Assembly: GCA_032249235.1 (NCBI GenBank) | Contig: JAVVGF010000001.1 | Span: 80,064 to 144,063, forward strand | Length of the DNA stretch: 64,000 nt | Direction of reading: 5' to 3' | Source of the DNA: Thermoproteota archaeon | GTDB lineage: Archaea; Thermoproteota; Thermoprotei; Gearchaeales; Gearchaeaceae | Shown here: in pieces, positions 1 through 9,743 of the stretch | How the letters are laid out: every line of letters starts with the position of its first letter | Position numbering within the stretch: position 1 is the first letter of the stretch | Position numbers and translations under genes: made by a program | The notes under the pieces: generated by a model | What the model saw: the letters and a program-made list of their open reading frames with translations, nothing else | Databases searched by the model: none | Told to the model about the DNA's origin: nothing

Positions 1-85
1 GCTGTCCTTTAGGGCGGAGGTCAGATTAAGCAATTTAAACGACTTGAATAAGCTGTTTCTATAATTTTAGTTTAGTTTTAAATTC

Positions 86-1363
86 TTGTTAATTAGATTA
101 AGAAATGTGTTTGAAGAACTCGGTCAGCCTAAAATTAATATTGGAACATTAGGTCATGTAGATCATGGAAAAACTACATTAGTTCATTCTTTAACAGGCG
201 TTTGGACATCAAAATATTCTGAAGAAATAAGAAGAGGTATGACAATAAAATTAGGATATGCAACTGCTGTTATAATGAAGTGTCCTCGTTGCTTACCTCC
301 AGATAGTTACCAAACTTATGCTTTATCTAATAACGGAAAATGTATTCATTGTGGTTCAGATTTGATACCTATAAGGAAGGTTTCATTCGTTGATTGTCCA
401 GGTCATGATATGTTAATTGCTACAATGCTATCTGGTGCTGCTGTAATGGATGCTGCTGTGTTAGTCATCGATGCTACTGTTCCATGCCCTCAACCTCAAA
501 CAAGAGAACATTTAAAAGCTATGGAAATCATAGGTCTTAAAAACATTATAATAGTTCAAAATAAGCTCGATGTCGTAACTAAAGAAAGAGCAATGGAAAA
601 TTATAAAGAAATAAAAGACATGATCGCTTCTACATTTCTTGCAGATATAAATCCGCCTGTTATTCCTGTTTCAGCTCTTCATAAAGCAAATTTAGATTTA
701 TTGATTGAAGGCTTTGAGACATATTTCCACACACCTGTCAAAGATGAAACTTCGAATCCTTTAGTATATGTAGTGAGATCTTTTGATGTAAACAAACCAG
801 GAACAAAATATAATGAGATAAGAGGAGGCGTGATAGGAGGTTCAATAATAAAAGGAAAGTTGAAAGTAGGAGACGAAATCGAAATAAAACCTGGATTCAG
901 AGTTAAAAAAGAAGGTAAAATAGTCTATGTTCCTCTCACAACAAAAGTAGTAAATCTAAAAAGTGATGATTTGAATTTAAAAGAAGCAGTAGCAGGTGGT
1001 TTAATAGGTATTGAAACAGAGCTTGATCCATCGATTGCAAAAGGAGATCAATTAGTAGGTAATGTTGTAGGATTGGTAGGAAAAACACCCCCAGTATGGA
1101 ATTCTTTAAGAATAAATTACACACTTTTTGATGTAGTAGTAGGTATTAAAGAGCCAATAAAAGTCGAGCCTATAAAACCTAAAGAAGAACTTGTTTTGAA
1201 CGTAGGGCCTGCAAGAACAATAGGCATTGTAACTTCTGTTAAAAATGATTCTTTAACGATTAATTTATCTATACCAGTATGTGCTGAATTGAAAACGAAA
1301 GTAGCGATAAGCAGGAAAATAGCTGGTAAATGGAGATTAGTAGGTTATGGTGAAATCATATGA
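86..1363 (+). CDS. eif2g: translation initiation factor 2 subunit gamma (aIF2-gamma)
   Basis: The 425-aa ORF has a G1 motif 'GHVDHGKTTL' near the N-terminus, a zinc knuckle 'CPRC...CIHCG', 'NKLD' (G4) and an EF-Tu-like domain order. The ORF track start is TTG; a GTG at 107 is an alternative. Confidence 0.9.
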   Translation: MLIRLRNVFEELGQPKINIGTLGHVDHGKTTLVHSLTGVWTSKYSEEIRRGMTIKLGYATAVIMKCPRCLPPDSYQTYALSNNGKCIHCGSDLIPIRKVSFVDCPGHDMLIATMLSGAAVMDAAVLVIDATVPCPQPQTREHLKAMEIIGLKNIIIVQNKLDVVTKERAMENYKEIKDMIASTFLADINPPVIPVSALHKANLDLLIEGFETYFHTPVKDETSNPLVYVVRSFDVNKPGTKYNEIRGGVIGGSIIKGKLKVGDEIEIKPGFRVKKEGKIVYVPLTTKVVNLKSDDLNLKEAVAGGLIGIETELDPSIAKGDQLVGNVVGLVGKTPPVWNSLRINYTLFDVVVGIKEPIKVEPIKPKEELVLNVGPARTIGIVTSVKNDSLTINLSIPVCAELKTKVAISRKIAGKWRLVGYGEII

Positions 1364-1737
1364 GATATTTTTTCTTAGATACGAGTTTCATACTATCTTT
1401 AATTGAAAAAGGAAAAGACCTGGTTAATTTGAGTCAAGATTATTTAAATGAATTACTTATCCCTGCTACTTCACTTTCTGTAATAAAAGAGTTAGAAAAT
1501 CTATCTAAGAATAAAAGTTATGAAAGGAAGGTTAATTTAGCTAAGCAAATAATTTCAAAATACAAAATATTCGAAGATGATTCCCAAAACGCCGATGAGA
1601 GCCTATTAGAGCTTTGCAAAAAGTATAATGGAATTCTTGCTACTGCAGATATTGAACTTCTAAACAGAGCACTGGAAAAGGGTATAGCTGTGATGTTTTT
1701 AAAACATGGAAGAAAGCTTGTTTATTTTGAGAGTTAA
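1360..1737 (+). CDS. PIN-domain protein (conserved partner downstream of aIF2-gamma)
   Basis: The 125-aa ORF begins 'FFLDTSFIL', an acidic N-terminal motif typical of PIN nucleases. Its position between aIF2-gamma and rpoE matches the conserved archaeal cluster. Confidence 0.55.
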   Translation: MRYFFLDTSFILSLIEKGKDLVNLSQDYLNELLIPATSLSVIKELENLSKNKSYERKVNLAKQIISKYKIFEDDSQNADESLLELCKKYNGILATADIELLNRALEKGIAVMFLKHGRKLVYFES

Positions 1738-1791
1738 TTATTTAAACAAATACTCTTTAAATATTAACTCACTAAACTGAAGTGAGTTAAG

Positions 1792-2355
1792 TTGTTCAGG
1801 ATAGTTAATGCAAAGGCTACTATAGCCATACCTGCAAATTCGCTTAGACCTAAAATAGATCTAGACAAATTGCTTTTAGATTTAGCTAGAGAAGAATATG
1901 AAGATCGATATATTGAAGGCATAGGATATGTAATTGCAGTTACATCTGCTAAATCTCCTAGATTTGCTACAGTATTTCCGAGATCAGGTAATTTATATAC
2001 TGAAGCAGAAATGGAAATGCTTGTTTGGTATCCATTGCTTAAAGAAGTAATCTATGCAGAAGTTGTAGATGTTAGAGAATTCGGAGTATTTTTACAAATA
2101 GGTCCAATTGAAGGATTGGTGCATATTTCACAAGTATTGGATGACTTCGTTAGCTATGATAAAAGAGGAGCAAGAATATTGGCTAAGAAAACTAAGAGGA
2201 TTTTGAATAAATTTGATGACGTAAGAGCTAGAATAATATCTGTAAGTTCAGGTCAATCTGAATCTTTTAAGCTTGCCTTTACGATGAGACAGCCTTTCTT
2301 AGGTAAACTTGAATGGATAAAAGAAGATTTGGAAAAAATAGCTAAAAAGAAGTGA
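1792..2355 (+). CDS. rpoE: DNA-directed RNA polymerase subunit E' (Rpo7) with S1 domain
   Basis: The 187-aa ORF carries 'EVVDVREFGVFLQIGPIEGLVHISQV', the S1-fold signature of Rpo7/E'. It is followed by spt4, as in the conserved cluster. Confidence 0.8.
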   Translation: MFRIVNAKATIAIPANSLRPKIDLDKLLLDLAREEYEDRYIEGIGYVIAVTSAKSPRFATVFPRSGNLYTEAEMEMLVWYPLLKEVIYAEVVDVREFGVFLQIGPIEGLVHISQVLDDFVSYDKRGARILAKKTKRILNKFDDVRARIISVSSGQSESFKLAFTMRQPFLGKLEWIKEDLEKIAKKK

Positions 2356-2356
2356 C

Positions 2357-2566
2357 ATGGTGAGAAAAGCAAGCTATGGCTACAAAGCATGTATTTCTTG
2401 CAAGATGTTAGTAGATAAGAAAGAAAAAATCTGCCCTAATTGTGGAAGTAAAGATTTCTCTGATGAATGGAGTGGAATGATAATAATATTTAATGTCAAA
2501 GAATCTCAACTTGCTTCAATCTTAAATATCAAGAAAGAAGGTATGTATGCAATCAAAGTCAGATAA
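2357..2566 (+). CDS. spt4: transcription elongation factor Spt4 / RNAP subunit E''
   Basis: The 69-aa ORF has a zinc ribbon 'CISC...CPNCGS', and its size and position immediately after rpoE fit Spt4. Confidence 0.75.
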   Translation: MVRKASYGYKACISCKMLVDKKEKICPNCGSKDFSDEWSGMIIIFNVKESQLASILNIKKEGMYAIKVR

Positions 2567-3122
2567 ATTATTATTTTTAAAGAAAGCTAAGAAAGAAAGA
2601 CTTTTTTATTTAAGATCCAATGCTAAATTTAAGTCCTTAAGAAAAAAATTGAAAAAAACTCTAGGTATGCTAATACCTTTAGAACATCCTTATTCTACAG
2701 ATTATTTGAAGGAATTAATTTCTTTTCTTAATCCTTCCCAAATAATAACAGTAGGTGATAAGATAACTTTCTTAGCTATCGAAAGAGGAATAAAGCCTGA
2801 TCTTGCTATTATTGACAATAAAGTTGAGAGGGAAGATTTTATCTTCGAAGCTAGAAAATATTTTAAAAAGATTATTGAAACAGAAAATCCTCCAGGAATG
2901 ATAACTAATGAAGCCTATGAAAAGATAAAAATTGCAATAAAAGATACTGGGAATTTAATAGAAGTTAAAGGTGAAGAAGATCTACTGACTTTGTTAGCTA
3001 TTAAGGAGAGCAAAATCAATGCACTTGTAATATACGGAGTGCCTAATTTGGGCATTTCGGTCGTTTATTGCACAAAATATAAAAAGGATTATGTCGATAA
3101 GATATTCTTAAGAGGAAGATAA
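2547..3122 (+). CDS. DUF359 family protein (GTP-dependent dephospho-CoA kinase-like)
   Basis: The 'IITVGDKITF' motif and overall size fit DUF359, and the location between spt4 and rps24e is the conserved position. The K-rich first ~40 aa are probably not translated; the true start is likely the ATG near 2667. Confidence 0.6.
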   Translation: MQSKSDKLLFLKKAKKERLFYLRSNAKFKSLRKKLKKTLGMLIPLEHPYSTDYLKELISFLNPSQIITVGDKITFLAIERGIKPDLAIIDNKVEREDFIFEARKYFKKIIETENPPGMITNEAYEKIKIAIKDTGNLIEVKGEEDLLTLLAIKESKINALVIYGVPNLGISVVYCTKYKKDYVDKIFLRGR

Positions 3123-3123
3123 A

Positions 3124-3489
3124 ATGTCAATAAGCAACATGAATATACTATTCCAATTTCAAAACCCCTATTTAAATAGGACAGAATATTTTCTTGAATT
3201 AAATCTTTCAGAAAAGAAGATTTTAATGAGGAATGAATTGAGAGAGATATTATCAAAACAATTCAATAAACCTCCTGAACTGATTATAATTAGAAGAATT
3301 AGATATGAATATGGTGGCTTACGTGCATATGCAGATGTTAGGGTTTATGAGGATAAAGAAAGTTTGAATATTGAACCCAAGCATATAATCTTAAGACATT
3401 TAAGTAAAGAAGAGAGATCAAAGATAATAGAAGAGATGAAGAAAAAGAGATTAGAAGCTAAAAAAGCTAAAGAGGTATCTAAGAAATGA
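3124..3489 (+). CDS. rps24e: 30S ribosomal protein S24e
   Basis: The 121-aa ORF contains '[13 protein letters not shown]...[24 protein letters not shown]', which matches the eS24 fold signature. A K/E-rich tail follows. Confidence 0.8.
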   Translation: MSISNMNILFQFQNPYLNRTEYFLELNLSEKKILMRNELREILSKQFNKPPELIIIRRIRYEYGGLRAYADVRVYEDKESLNIEPKHIILRHLSKEERSKIIEEMKKKRLEAKKAKEVSKK

Positions 3490-3653
3490 GCGTTATACAT
3501 AAACTTTACGATATTGATTATTCTACAGGTAAAGTAAAGAGGAAAAATAAAAAATGTCCTAGATGCAACGTATTCATGGCAAGACATAATAATCCTCCTA
3601 GATGGGCTTGTGGTAAGTGCGGCTATACAGAGTTCATTCCAGTTAAGAAATAA
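3486..3653 (+). CDS. rps27ae: 30S ribosomal protein S27ae (zinc ribbon)
   Basis: It is not in the ORF track because it is under 60 aa. Manual translation gives [50 protein letters not shown]... with a CxxC...CxxC ribbon. It sits in the expected place after rps24e. Confidence 0.75.
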   Translation: MSVIHKLYDIDYSTGKVKRKNKKCPRCNVFMARHNNPPRWACGKCGYTEFIPVKK

Positions 3654-4639
3654 TGAATATTTTGGGCATAGAGAGCACTGCGCATACAATTGGTGCTTCA
3701 GTAGTCAATGAAGAAGGAATAATATCCAATGTAAATTCTGTTTACATCCCTCCTAAAGGAAAAGGAATACATCCTAGAGAAGCTGCTATACATCATAGCG
3801 AAGAAGGTCCAAGAGTAATAAAGGAAGCTTTAGAAAAAGCAGGCCTGAAGATAAATGATATCGATGCGATAGCGATTAGCTTAGGTCCAGGTTTAGGCCC
3901 TTGCTTAAGAACAGGAGCAACTTTAGCTCGTTTTTTATCTCTGAAATTTAATAAAGATCTAGTACCGGTAAATCATGCAATTGCCCATATAGAAATAGCT
4001 AGATATTTATGCAAAAAAGAAGATCCTTTAGTTGTTTATATTGCAGGCGGAAATACAATAATTTCTACATTTGTAGAAGGAAGATATAGAATATTCGGAG
4101 AGACTCAAGATATTGCACTAGGTAATGCTATTGATTATTTCGGAAGGATTATAGGTGTAGAATATCCAGAGCTAATAAATGTTGAAAAGCTAGCTATGAA
4201 AGGAGAGAAAATTCTTGAGCTTCCATTACCTGTTAAAGGGCAAGATGTATCATATTCTGGCTTGTTGACTGCTGCTTTGAAATTGATAAAAGAAGGATAC
4301 AAAATTGAAGATGTTTGTTTAAGCTTTATTGAACATGCTTATGCTGCACTTTGTGAATCTGTTGAAAGAGCACTAGCATATACTGGCAAGAAATCTATTG
4401 TTTTAACAGGAGGAACGGCAAGATCCTTGATATTGAAAGAAAAATTAAAACTTGTAGCGAGTGAACATAATGCAGATTTTTCAGTCGTTCCTTCAGAATA
4501 TGCAGGAGATAATGGTGCAATGATTGCTTATACTGGTTATTTAGCATATAAATCAGGTGTTAAAATTAAAGTTGAAGAAAGTTTTGTGAAACCATTTTGG
4601 AGGATAGATGAAGTCGATATACCTTGGCGTTCAAGCTAG
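3653..4639 (+). CDS. kae1: KEOPS subunit Kae1 (tRNA t6A37 threonylcarbamoyltransferase)
   Basis: '[18 protein letters not shown]' is the classic Kae1/TsaD N-terminus. The ORF also has 'HAIAHIE' and a 'GGTARS' ASKHA-fold motif. Confidence 0.9.
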   Translation: MNILGIESTAHTIGASVVNEEGIISNVNSVYIPPKGKGIHPREAAIHHSEEGPRVIKEALEKAGLKINDIDAIAISLGPGLGPCLRTGATLARFLSLKFNKDLVPVNHAIAHIEIARYLCKKEDPLVVYIAGGNTIISTFVEGRYRIFGETQDIALGNAIDYFGRIIGVEYPELINVEKLAMKGEKILELPLPVKGQDVSYSGLLTAALKLIKEGYKIEDVCLSFIEHAYAALCESVERALAYTGKKSIVLTGGTARSLILKEKLKLVASEHNADFSVVPSEYAGDNGAMIAYTGYLAYKSGVKIKVEESFVKPFWRIDEVDIPWRSS

Positions 4640-5280
4640 ATTATTTAATAAAGAAAGGAGCTGAAGCTGAAATTTGGAAAGGTAAATGGTTTAGTATCAA
4701 TTCTGTTTATAAGATTAGAAAAAGCAAGCCTTGGAGGCATCCTTTACTTGATAAATTAATTCTAGAGAAAAGAACGATTAAAGAAGCGAGGATAATGTAT
4801 CATGCTTTTGAAAATAATATAGATGTTCCCTTCATCTATGACGTAAACATATCGAAGAATACAATAGTTATGGAATTTGTCGAGGGAATAACTTTGAAAG
4901 AACTGATGGAAGCGAAGGATTCAAGAATCTTTATTTTATGTGAAAAGTTAGGAAAGCTTGTTGCAAATCTTCATGAGGCATCGATAGTTCATGGTGATTT
5001 AACACCTTCGAATGTCATATTAAGGAATGAAGGTGGTCTTTGCATACTAGATTTTGGCCTTGCAAATTTCAGCAATAGGATAGAAGATATGGGAGTAGAT
5101 TTGCATTTATTTCTTCGGTCTTTAGAAAGTAGCTTCAGTTCTTTAACTCATGAATGTTTTCAAAGTTTCATAAAAGGATATAGTCATTTTAAGCATTATA
5201 ATGAAGTTTTAGAAAAAGTCAAAGAAATTAGAAGAAGAGGTAGGTATGTTTTGGAAAGGAGAATTTCAAGAAAGATTTGA
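4624..5280 (+). CDS. bud32: KEOPS subunit Bud32 (atypical small kinase)
   Basis: The 218-aa ORF has 'IVHGDLTPSNVIL' and 'ILDFGLA' kinase motifs. It overlaps the kae1 stop, so the two are unfused adjacent genes. Confidence 0.8.
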   Translation: MAFKLDYLIKKGAEAEIWKGKWFSINSVYKIRKSKPWRHPLLDKLILEKRTIKEARIMYHAFENNIDVPFIYDVNISKNTIVMEFVEGITLKELMEAKDSRIFILCEKLGKLVANLHEASIVHGDLTPSNVILRNEGGLCILDFGLANFSNRIEDMGVDLHLFLRSLESSFSSLTHECFQSFIKGYSHFKHYNEVLEKVKEIRRRGRYVLERRISRKI

Positions 5281-5820
5281 ATACCATTCTGCAAACTTAC
5301 TCACCGCTTTGCTTCTATGTGAAATTTCATTCTTTTCTTCAACACTCATTTCACCGTATGTTTTGAAATGATTTTGTGGTATGAATATTGGATCGAAACC
5401 CCATCCTAAGCCTTTAATGTTTTCAGAAATTTTTCCTTCTACTTCACCTGTGAATATTTTTTCTATAATTTGATCTTTATAAGCGATTACTGTTTTAAAT
5501 GTAGCCTTTCTATTCTTTTCATCTTTCATTAATTTAATTATTCCTTCATTTCCTATCGTTTTATAAGCATATGAAGTATAAGGACCTGGAAATCCTTTTA
5601 AAGCTTCGATGAATAATCCTGAATCTTCGATTATAAGTGGTTTTTTTAAAATTTGAAAAGCTTGTCTTGCGCAATATAAAGCGATTTCTTCTAGATCATC
5701 TGCTTGAATTTCATAAATATCTAAATCAAATGCTTCTAGTTCAATATCATATTTTTTAAGAATTAAGCTGATTTCTCTTATCTTGTTTTCATTGCCTGAA
5801 ATTAGCGTGATCCTTTTCAT
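5266..5820 (-). CDS. non-canonical purine NTP pyrophosphatase (Ham1/RdgB/ITPase)
   Basis: 'ITLISGNENKIREI' and 'GFDPIF' are Ham1-family motifs, and the 184-aa length fits. Confidence 0.8.
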   Translation of the reverse strand: MKRITLISGNENKIREISLILKKYDIELEAFDLDIYEIQADDLEEIALYCARQAFQILKKPLIIEDSGLFIEALKGFPGPYTSYAYKTIGNEGIIKLMKDEKNRKATFKTVIAYKDQIIEKIFTGEVEGKISENIKGLGWGFDPIFIPQNHFKTYGEMSVEEKNEISHRSKAVSKFAEWYSNLS

Positions 5821-5853
5821 AAGTTTATTAATAAGACCATATCTATTTCAACT

Positions 5854-6294
5854 ATGCGAAGAGGTAGGGAAAAAGGAAAATCTCATTCGACAAGGCCTTC
5901 ATCTAGAGATGAAGCTTTAATCGCTGAATTAGATACTGAAAATATTAAAAATAGAATTATAGAGCTAGCAAAAAAAGGAATTCCTCCTTCAAAAATAGGA
6001 ATTATCTTAAGAGATGAAGAAGGAGTTCCTTTAGTAAAGCATGTTTTCGGTAAAAAGTTGGTTCAACTCTTAAAAGAATGGGGTCTTGCACCACAAATAC
6101 CTGAAGACTTGCAAAATTTGATCAATAGAGCTAATAATGTAATTGAGCATTTAAAAGAACATCCTAAAGATTATAGAGCTAAAAGAGGTCTTGAAGAAAT
6201 AATATCTAAGATCAATAGACTTGCTAAGTATTATAAAAGAGAAGGAATATTACCTCCAAATTGGGAACACGGTCTTAAAATTCCAAAAACATAA
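5854..6294 (+). CDS. rps15: 30S ribosomal protein S15 (uS15/S13e)
   Basis: The N-terminus 'GRSHSTRP', the C-terminal 'HLK...DYRAKRGL' S15 fold and the 146-aa size typical of archaeal uS15 support the call. Confidence 0.85.
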   Translation: MRRGREKGKSHSTRPSSRDEALIAELDTENIKNRIIELAKKGIPPSKIGIILRDEEGVPLVKHVFGKKLVQLLKEWGLAPQIPEDLQNLINRANNVIEHLKEHPKDYRAKRGLEEIISKINRLAKYYKREGILPPNWEHGLKIPKT

Positions 6295-7631
6295 TGCTAA
6301 ATGAGATAAATTCAAAATTTGAAAACATATCGAGTTTTTTCGAAGAAGATTTTCTTCCATTTTTAATAGTAGCGCATTATGATGCAGATGGCTTGATATC
6401 TTCTTCTATTTTAGCTAAATTATTATTCAACGAAAAAATTCCCTTTGTTTTAAGGATATCTGAAAATCTAAAACCGAATGAATTGCTCGAATCTGCTTTT
6501 TCTAAAATAATAATTCTAGACTTTCAGTTAAAAGAAGATTTAGCAAAGATAGGTGAGGAAAAAAGGATTTTAGTAATAGATCATCATCCAATTAAAGGAG
6601 ATAAAGAAAAAGTGAACTTGATCCATCCTTCAATTTTTGGATATGAGAATGAATTCGATGCATGTAGCTCTACTCTTTCTTATTTATTAGCAAAGCATTT
6701 CGATGATTCATTCATTGATTTAGCTCCTTTTGTAATTTGTGGAATGCTTGAAGATAGACATGATAGAGAAGAGAAAAGAAGCTTTAGAGGTTTGAATAAA
6801 ATAGTTTTAGATGAAGCTGAAGAGGCTGGATTGATAAATAAAAAAGAAGGATTGATTAGTTATTGTGAATTCAATGAACCTTTATACAAAGTAGTTTCTT
6901 TAATGTTCGATCCATTTATGCCAAATATCTTTTCATCCAAAGAAAGGACAATAGATTTTCTTAAAGCTTGTGGAATTAGCGAATCTTTAATTAATAAGAA
7001 TTTCGAAGAATTGAATGAAAAAGATCATGCAGAGATATCTCAAAAAATCGCAATTAAGCTCTTAAATGAAGGATTTAAAGCTGCCAAAGTTGAGCGAATT
7101 TTTGGTATGAATTATGAATTGCTCGTATATAGCAAATCGAAAAATTTACGATTAATAGGTAAATCAATAGATTATTTAGCGAGATCTTTGAATTATGAAG
7201 GTTTCATCGAAGCTCTATTTAATGATAAGCTATATAGATTCAACTTCAACCAGTATTTTGATGAATGTGTTTCTTTTATTTCTAAGATATTTTTACCTTT
7301 ATTTCAAGAAAAAAGAATTAAAGAATACAAAAAATTCGTTCTTCTCAAATTTGAAGGAAAAATCGATAGATTTGTTGGATTGTTCGCAAATTTGATATCT
7401 GCTTCAAATATAACAAAACGTGTAGTTGCTGTTTCTTCTGAATTCAGCAAAGATGAATATAAAATATCTTTCAGGGCTGAAGAAGGATCTAAATATGATT
7501 TGGGCTCGATTGTTTCGAACATTGCGAAAAATTATCAAGGATCTGGAGGTGGCCATAGTTCTGCGGCAGGCGCAATAATTCCTAAAGATTATCTTGAAGA
7601 TTTTTTAGAAGAGTTCGATAATGCCTTATAA
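6294..7631 (+). CDS. DHH-DHHA1 phosphoesterase (RecJ-like/GAN-type nuclease)
   Basis: 'HYDADGLISS', 'VIDHHP' (the DHH motif) and a C-terminal 'GGGHSSAAGA' (DHHA1) are present. Adjacency to rps15 is a conserved archaeal arrangement. Confidence 0.75.
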   Translation: MLNEINSKFENISSFFEEDFLPFLIVAHYDADGLISSSILAKLLFNEKIPFVLRISENLKPNELLESAFSKIIILDFQLKEDLAKIGEEKRILVIDHHPIKGDKEKVNLIHPSIFGYENEFDACSSTLSYLLAKHFDDSFIDLAPFVICGMLEDRHDREEKRSFRGLNKIVLDEAEEAGLINKKEGLISYCEFNEPLYKVVSLMFDPFMPNIFSSKERTIDFLKACGISESLINKNFEELNEKDHAEISQKIAIKLLNEGFKAAKVERIFGMNYELLVYSKSKNLRLIGKSIDYLARSLNYEGFIEALFNDKLYRFNFNQYFDECVSFISKIFLPLFQEKRIKEYKKFVLLKFEGKIDRFVGLFANLISASNITKRVVAVSSEFSKDEYKISFRAEEGSKYDLGSIVSNIAKNYQGSGGGHSSAAGAIIPKDYLEDFLEEFDNAL

Positions 7632-7854
7632 GACAAGAATATTGCTAAAGATATCCTTCGACTCAATAAATACAGCAAGCAATGTATTATCTTCTTTAAG
7701 TCCAGATAATTTGAATATTCCTCAAGATCTTTACTTAAATTTCTTTCAGGAAGGAAACGAATTAATAATAGAAGCTAGAAGTGAAAACATAAAAAGATTG
7801 AGATCTACATTAGAAGAAATTTTAGTTTTGATTTCTTCTTTAGAAAAACTTTAA
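7621..7854 (+). CDS. pcc1: putative KEOPS subunit Pcc1
   Basis: The 77-aa ORF has the Pcc1-like pattern: beta strand, helix, 'GNELIIEARSENIKRLRSTL', then a helix. The call rests on this weak similarity and on proximity to kae1 and bud32. Confidence 0.4.
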   Translation: MPYKTRILLKISFDSINTASNVLSSLSPDNLNIPQDLYLNFFQEGNELIIEARSENIKRLRSTLEEILVLISSLEKL

Positions 7855-7880
7855 ATTGAATTCAATAATTAAGAAAGATT

Positions 7881-8465
7881 ATGAGTACTAAAGCTGTCAA
7901 GAAGGCACCGCCAAAAATCTTCAATGTCCATGTAGATGGTGTTTTCAAAGATAAAATCGCAGGTCAAATTTTGGGAAGAGAGCCAAGCCATATTTTGAAA
8001 AGAACTGTAGAAACCACTCTTGCTGAACTTTTCGAAGATTACACGAATTTATATTACCAATATGTTAAGTTAAAATTCCAGATCATCAAAGTAGATGGTA
8101 CAGAAGCTTATGCAAAGTTCAAAGGTTATGAGCTTACTAGAGACTATGTGAGGAGTTTAATAAGAGTAGGTACTTCAGCAGTATATGCTATTTATGATGT
8201 TGATACAACAGATAACATAAAATGCAGAATACAAACCCTTGCAATTACTGCTAAACGTGTTTCTCATTCAAAAGAAAGTTTGATAAGAAAATGCATTTGG
8301 AAAGTTTGTGAAGAAAAGCTATCTAATTTAAGCTTAGATGATCTAGTTCAATATGTTTGCTTAGGTAAGCTTTCTGCAGATATTTTGATAGAAGCAAAGA
8401 AAATTTATCCACTTAAAAAAGTTGAAGTTATTAAAATTAAAGTATTAACGCCCTATCTTATTTAG
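7881..8465 (+). CDS. rps3ae: 30S ribosomal protein S3Ae (eS1)
   Basis: A 194-aa K-rich basic protein with 'YDVDTTDN', 'RIQTLAITAKRVS' and a C-terminal 'IYPLKKVEVIKIKV' resembles eS1. This is a fold-level recollection, not a checked alignment. Confidence 0.5.
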   Translation: MSTKAVKKAPPKIFNVHVDGVFKDKIAGQILGREPSHILKRTVETTLAELFEDYTNLYYQYVKLKFQIIKVDGTEAYAKFKGYELTRDYVRSLIRVGTSAVYAIYDVDTTDNIKCRIQTLAITAKRVSHSKESLIRKCIWKVCEEKLSNLSLDDLVQYVCLGKLSADILIEAKKIYPLKKVEVIKIKVLTPYLI

Positions 8466-9660
8466 CAGCTACAATTTTTATTACATCTCTATGCTTCAAT
8501 ACATACTCTGCACCAATTCTTTGTTTGTTTTTAACATCTATTGCATAGATGAAATTTTTACCCAAATCTGTATGAATCATATAAGCTAGTTCTCTTGCAG
8601 TGGTATCGCTAGGAACTAAGAAAACGTCAGGCAAAACATTTCCTTGATGATCAGTTAGTCTGTTTTGATCTTCGACAGGGAATACCGCAATGTAATTTAG
8701 GAGCTTGAAATAACATACTTCTAAAGCTTCCTGAACACCTGTTGAACCAAATTTCTTCAATACGTTTTCTCTAATATAATTTAAAACTGCAAGCCTTTTT
8801 TCATCGATATTCTTAAGTATCTTAAAATCAGAATTTCCAGGCATATAATCGATAATTCCTAAATCGGCAGCTTTTCTTAAAGCTAATTCCGCTTCTGCAG
8901 ATACTGGAATTACTATTCTATCTTTCATTTCATTCTTAATCCTTTCGTAATTTATCCAAGACGAAGGTAAATCAATTTTATTAGCCGCAATCAAAATAGG
9001 TTTAGCTTCTTTAATTAACAAGCTTACAAATAATTTCAAATCATCTTCTTTCCATTCTTTAGGATTTTTGTTCATTTTTTGAACTGTTCTCATAATGTGT
9101 TTCCTTTTAATTGAAAAGCCGCTTAGTTTTCTTTCTAAGAAATCAACAATCTTAGAAGATTCTTCATAGATAAGCTTCCTCATCTCTTTCTCAAAATCTT
9201 CCTTTAAATGCGAAAATACCCACATAGTTATCTCTTCCTCAATAAACTTGATATCTTCTAAAGGATCATGTGTTCCAGGCTTAACTATTCTTCCTTCAAA
9301 GTCAGTAGAACCAGATGTATCGACGACATGTATTAATGCATCGCTCCTTCTTAATTCATCTAAAAATTTATTACCTAAACCTTTTCCTTTCCATGCTTCA
9401 GGAACAAGACCTGCAACATCAATAATTTCTATGGGTACGTATCTTGTACCATTAATACAAATTGAATTCCTTGGATTATCTTGAACTCCGAGTTCTTTGC
9501 AAACGCATTTGACTCGCACGTAACCTATTCCTTTGTTTGGTTCTATGGTTGTAAAAGGAAAAGGAGCAATTTTTACATTCAGTTTAGTAATAGCGCTAAA
9601 AAAAGTACTTTTACCTACGTTTGGTTTACCTATTATACCGATTAATGGCATCCAATGCAA
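8458..9660 (-). CDS. ychF: Obg-like ATPase (YchF/OLA1 family GTPase with TGS domain)
   Basis: 'IGIIGKPNVGKSTFFSAIT' is the P-loop and 'FPFTTIEPNKG' is the G2 region. The 400-aa size is typical of archaeal YchF. Confidence 0.75.
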   Translation of the reverse strand: MHWMPLIGIIGKPNVGKSTFFSAITKLNVKIAPFPFTTIEPNKGIGYVRVKCVCKELGVQDNPRNSICINGTRYVPIEIIDVAGLVPEAWKGKGLGNKFLDELRRSDALIHVVDTSGSTDFEGRIVKPGTHDPLEDIKFIEEEITMWVFSHLKEDFEKEMRKLIYEESSKIVDFLERKLSGFSIKRKHIMRTVQKMNKNPKEWKEDDLKLFVSLLIKEAKPILIAANKIDLPSSWINYERIKNEMKDRIVIPVSAEAELALRKAADLGIIDYMPGNSDFKILKNIDEKRLAVLNYIRENVLKKFGSTGVQEALEVCYFKLLNYIAVFPVEDQNRLTDHQGNVLPDVFLVPSDTTARELAYMIHTDLGKNFIYAIDVKNKQRIGAEYVLKHRDVIKIVAAK

Positions 9661-9743
9661 TTATTTCAATTTTCACTTAAAATGATATTTGAGGATTATG
9701 CATGAATGAGAGCTACTTCAACCATCATAGTTTAAATTTTTAA

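Noticed and set aside
9248-9484. 78-aa plus-strand ORF
   Set aside because: It is antisense within the YchF-like GTPase gene and has no motif.
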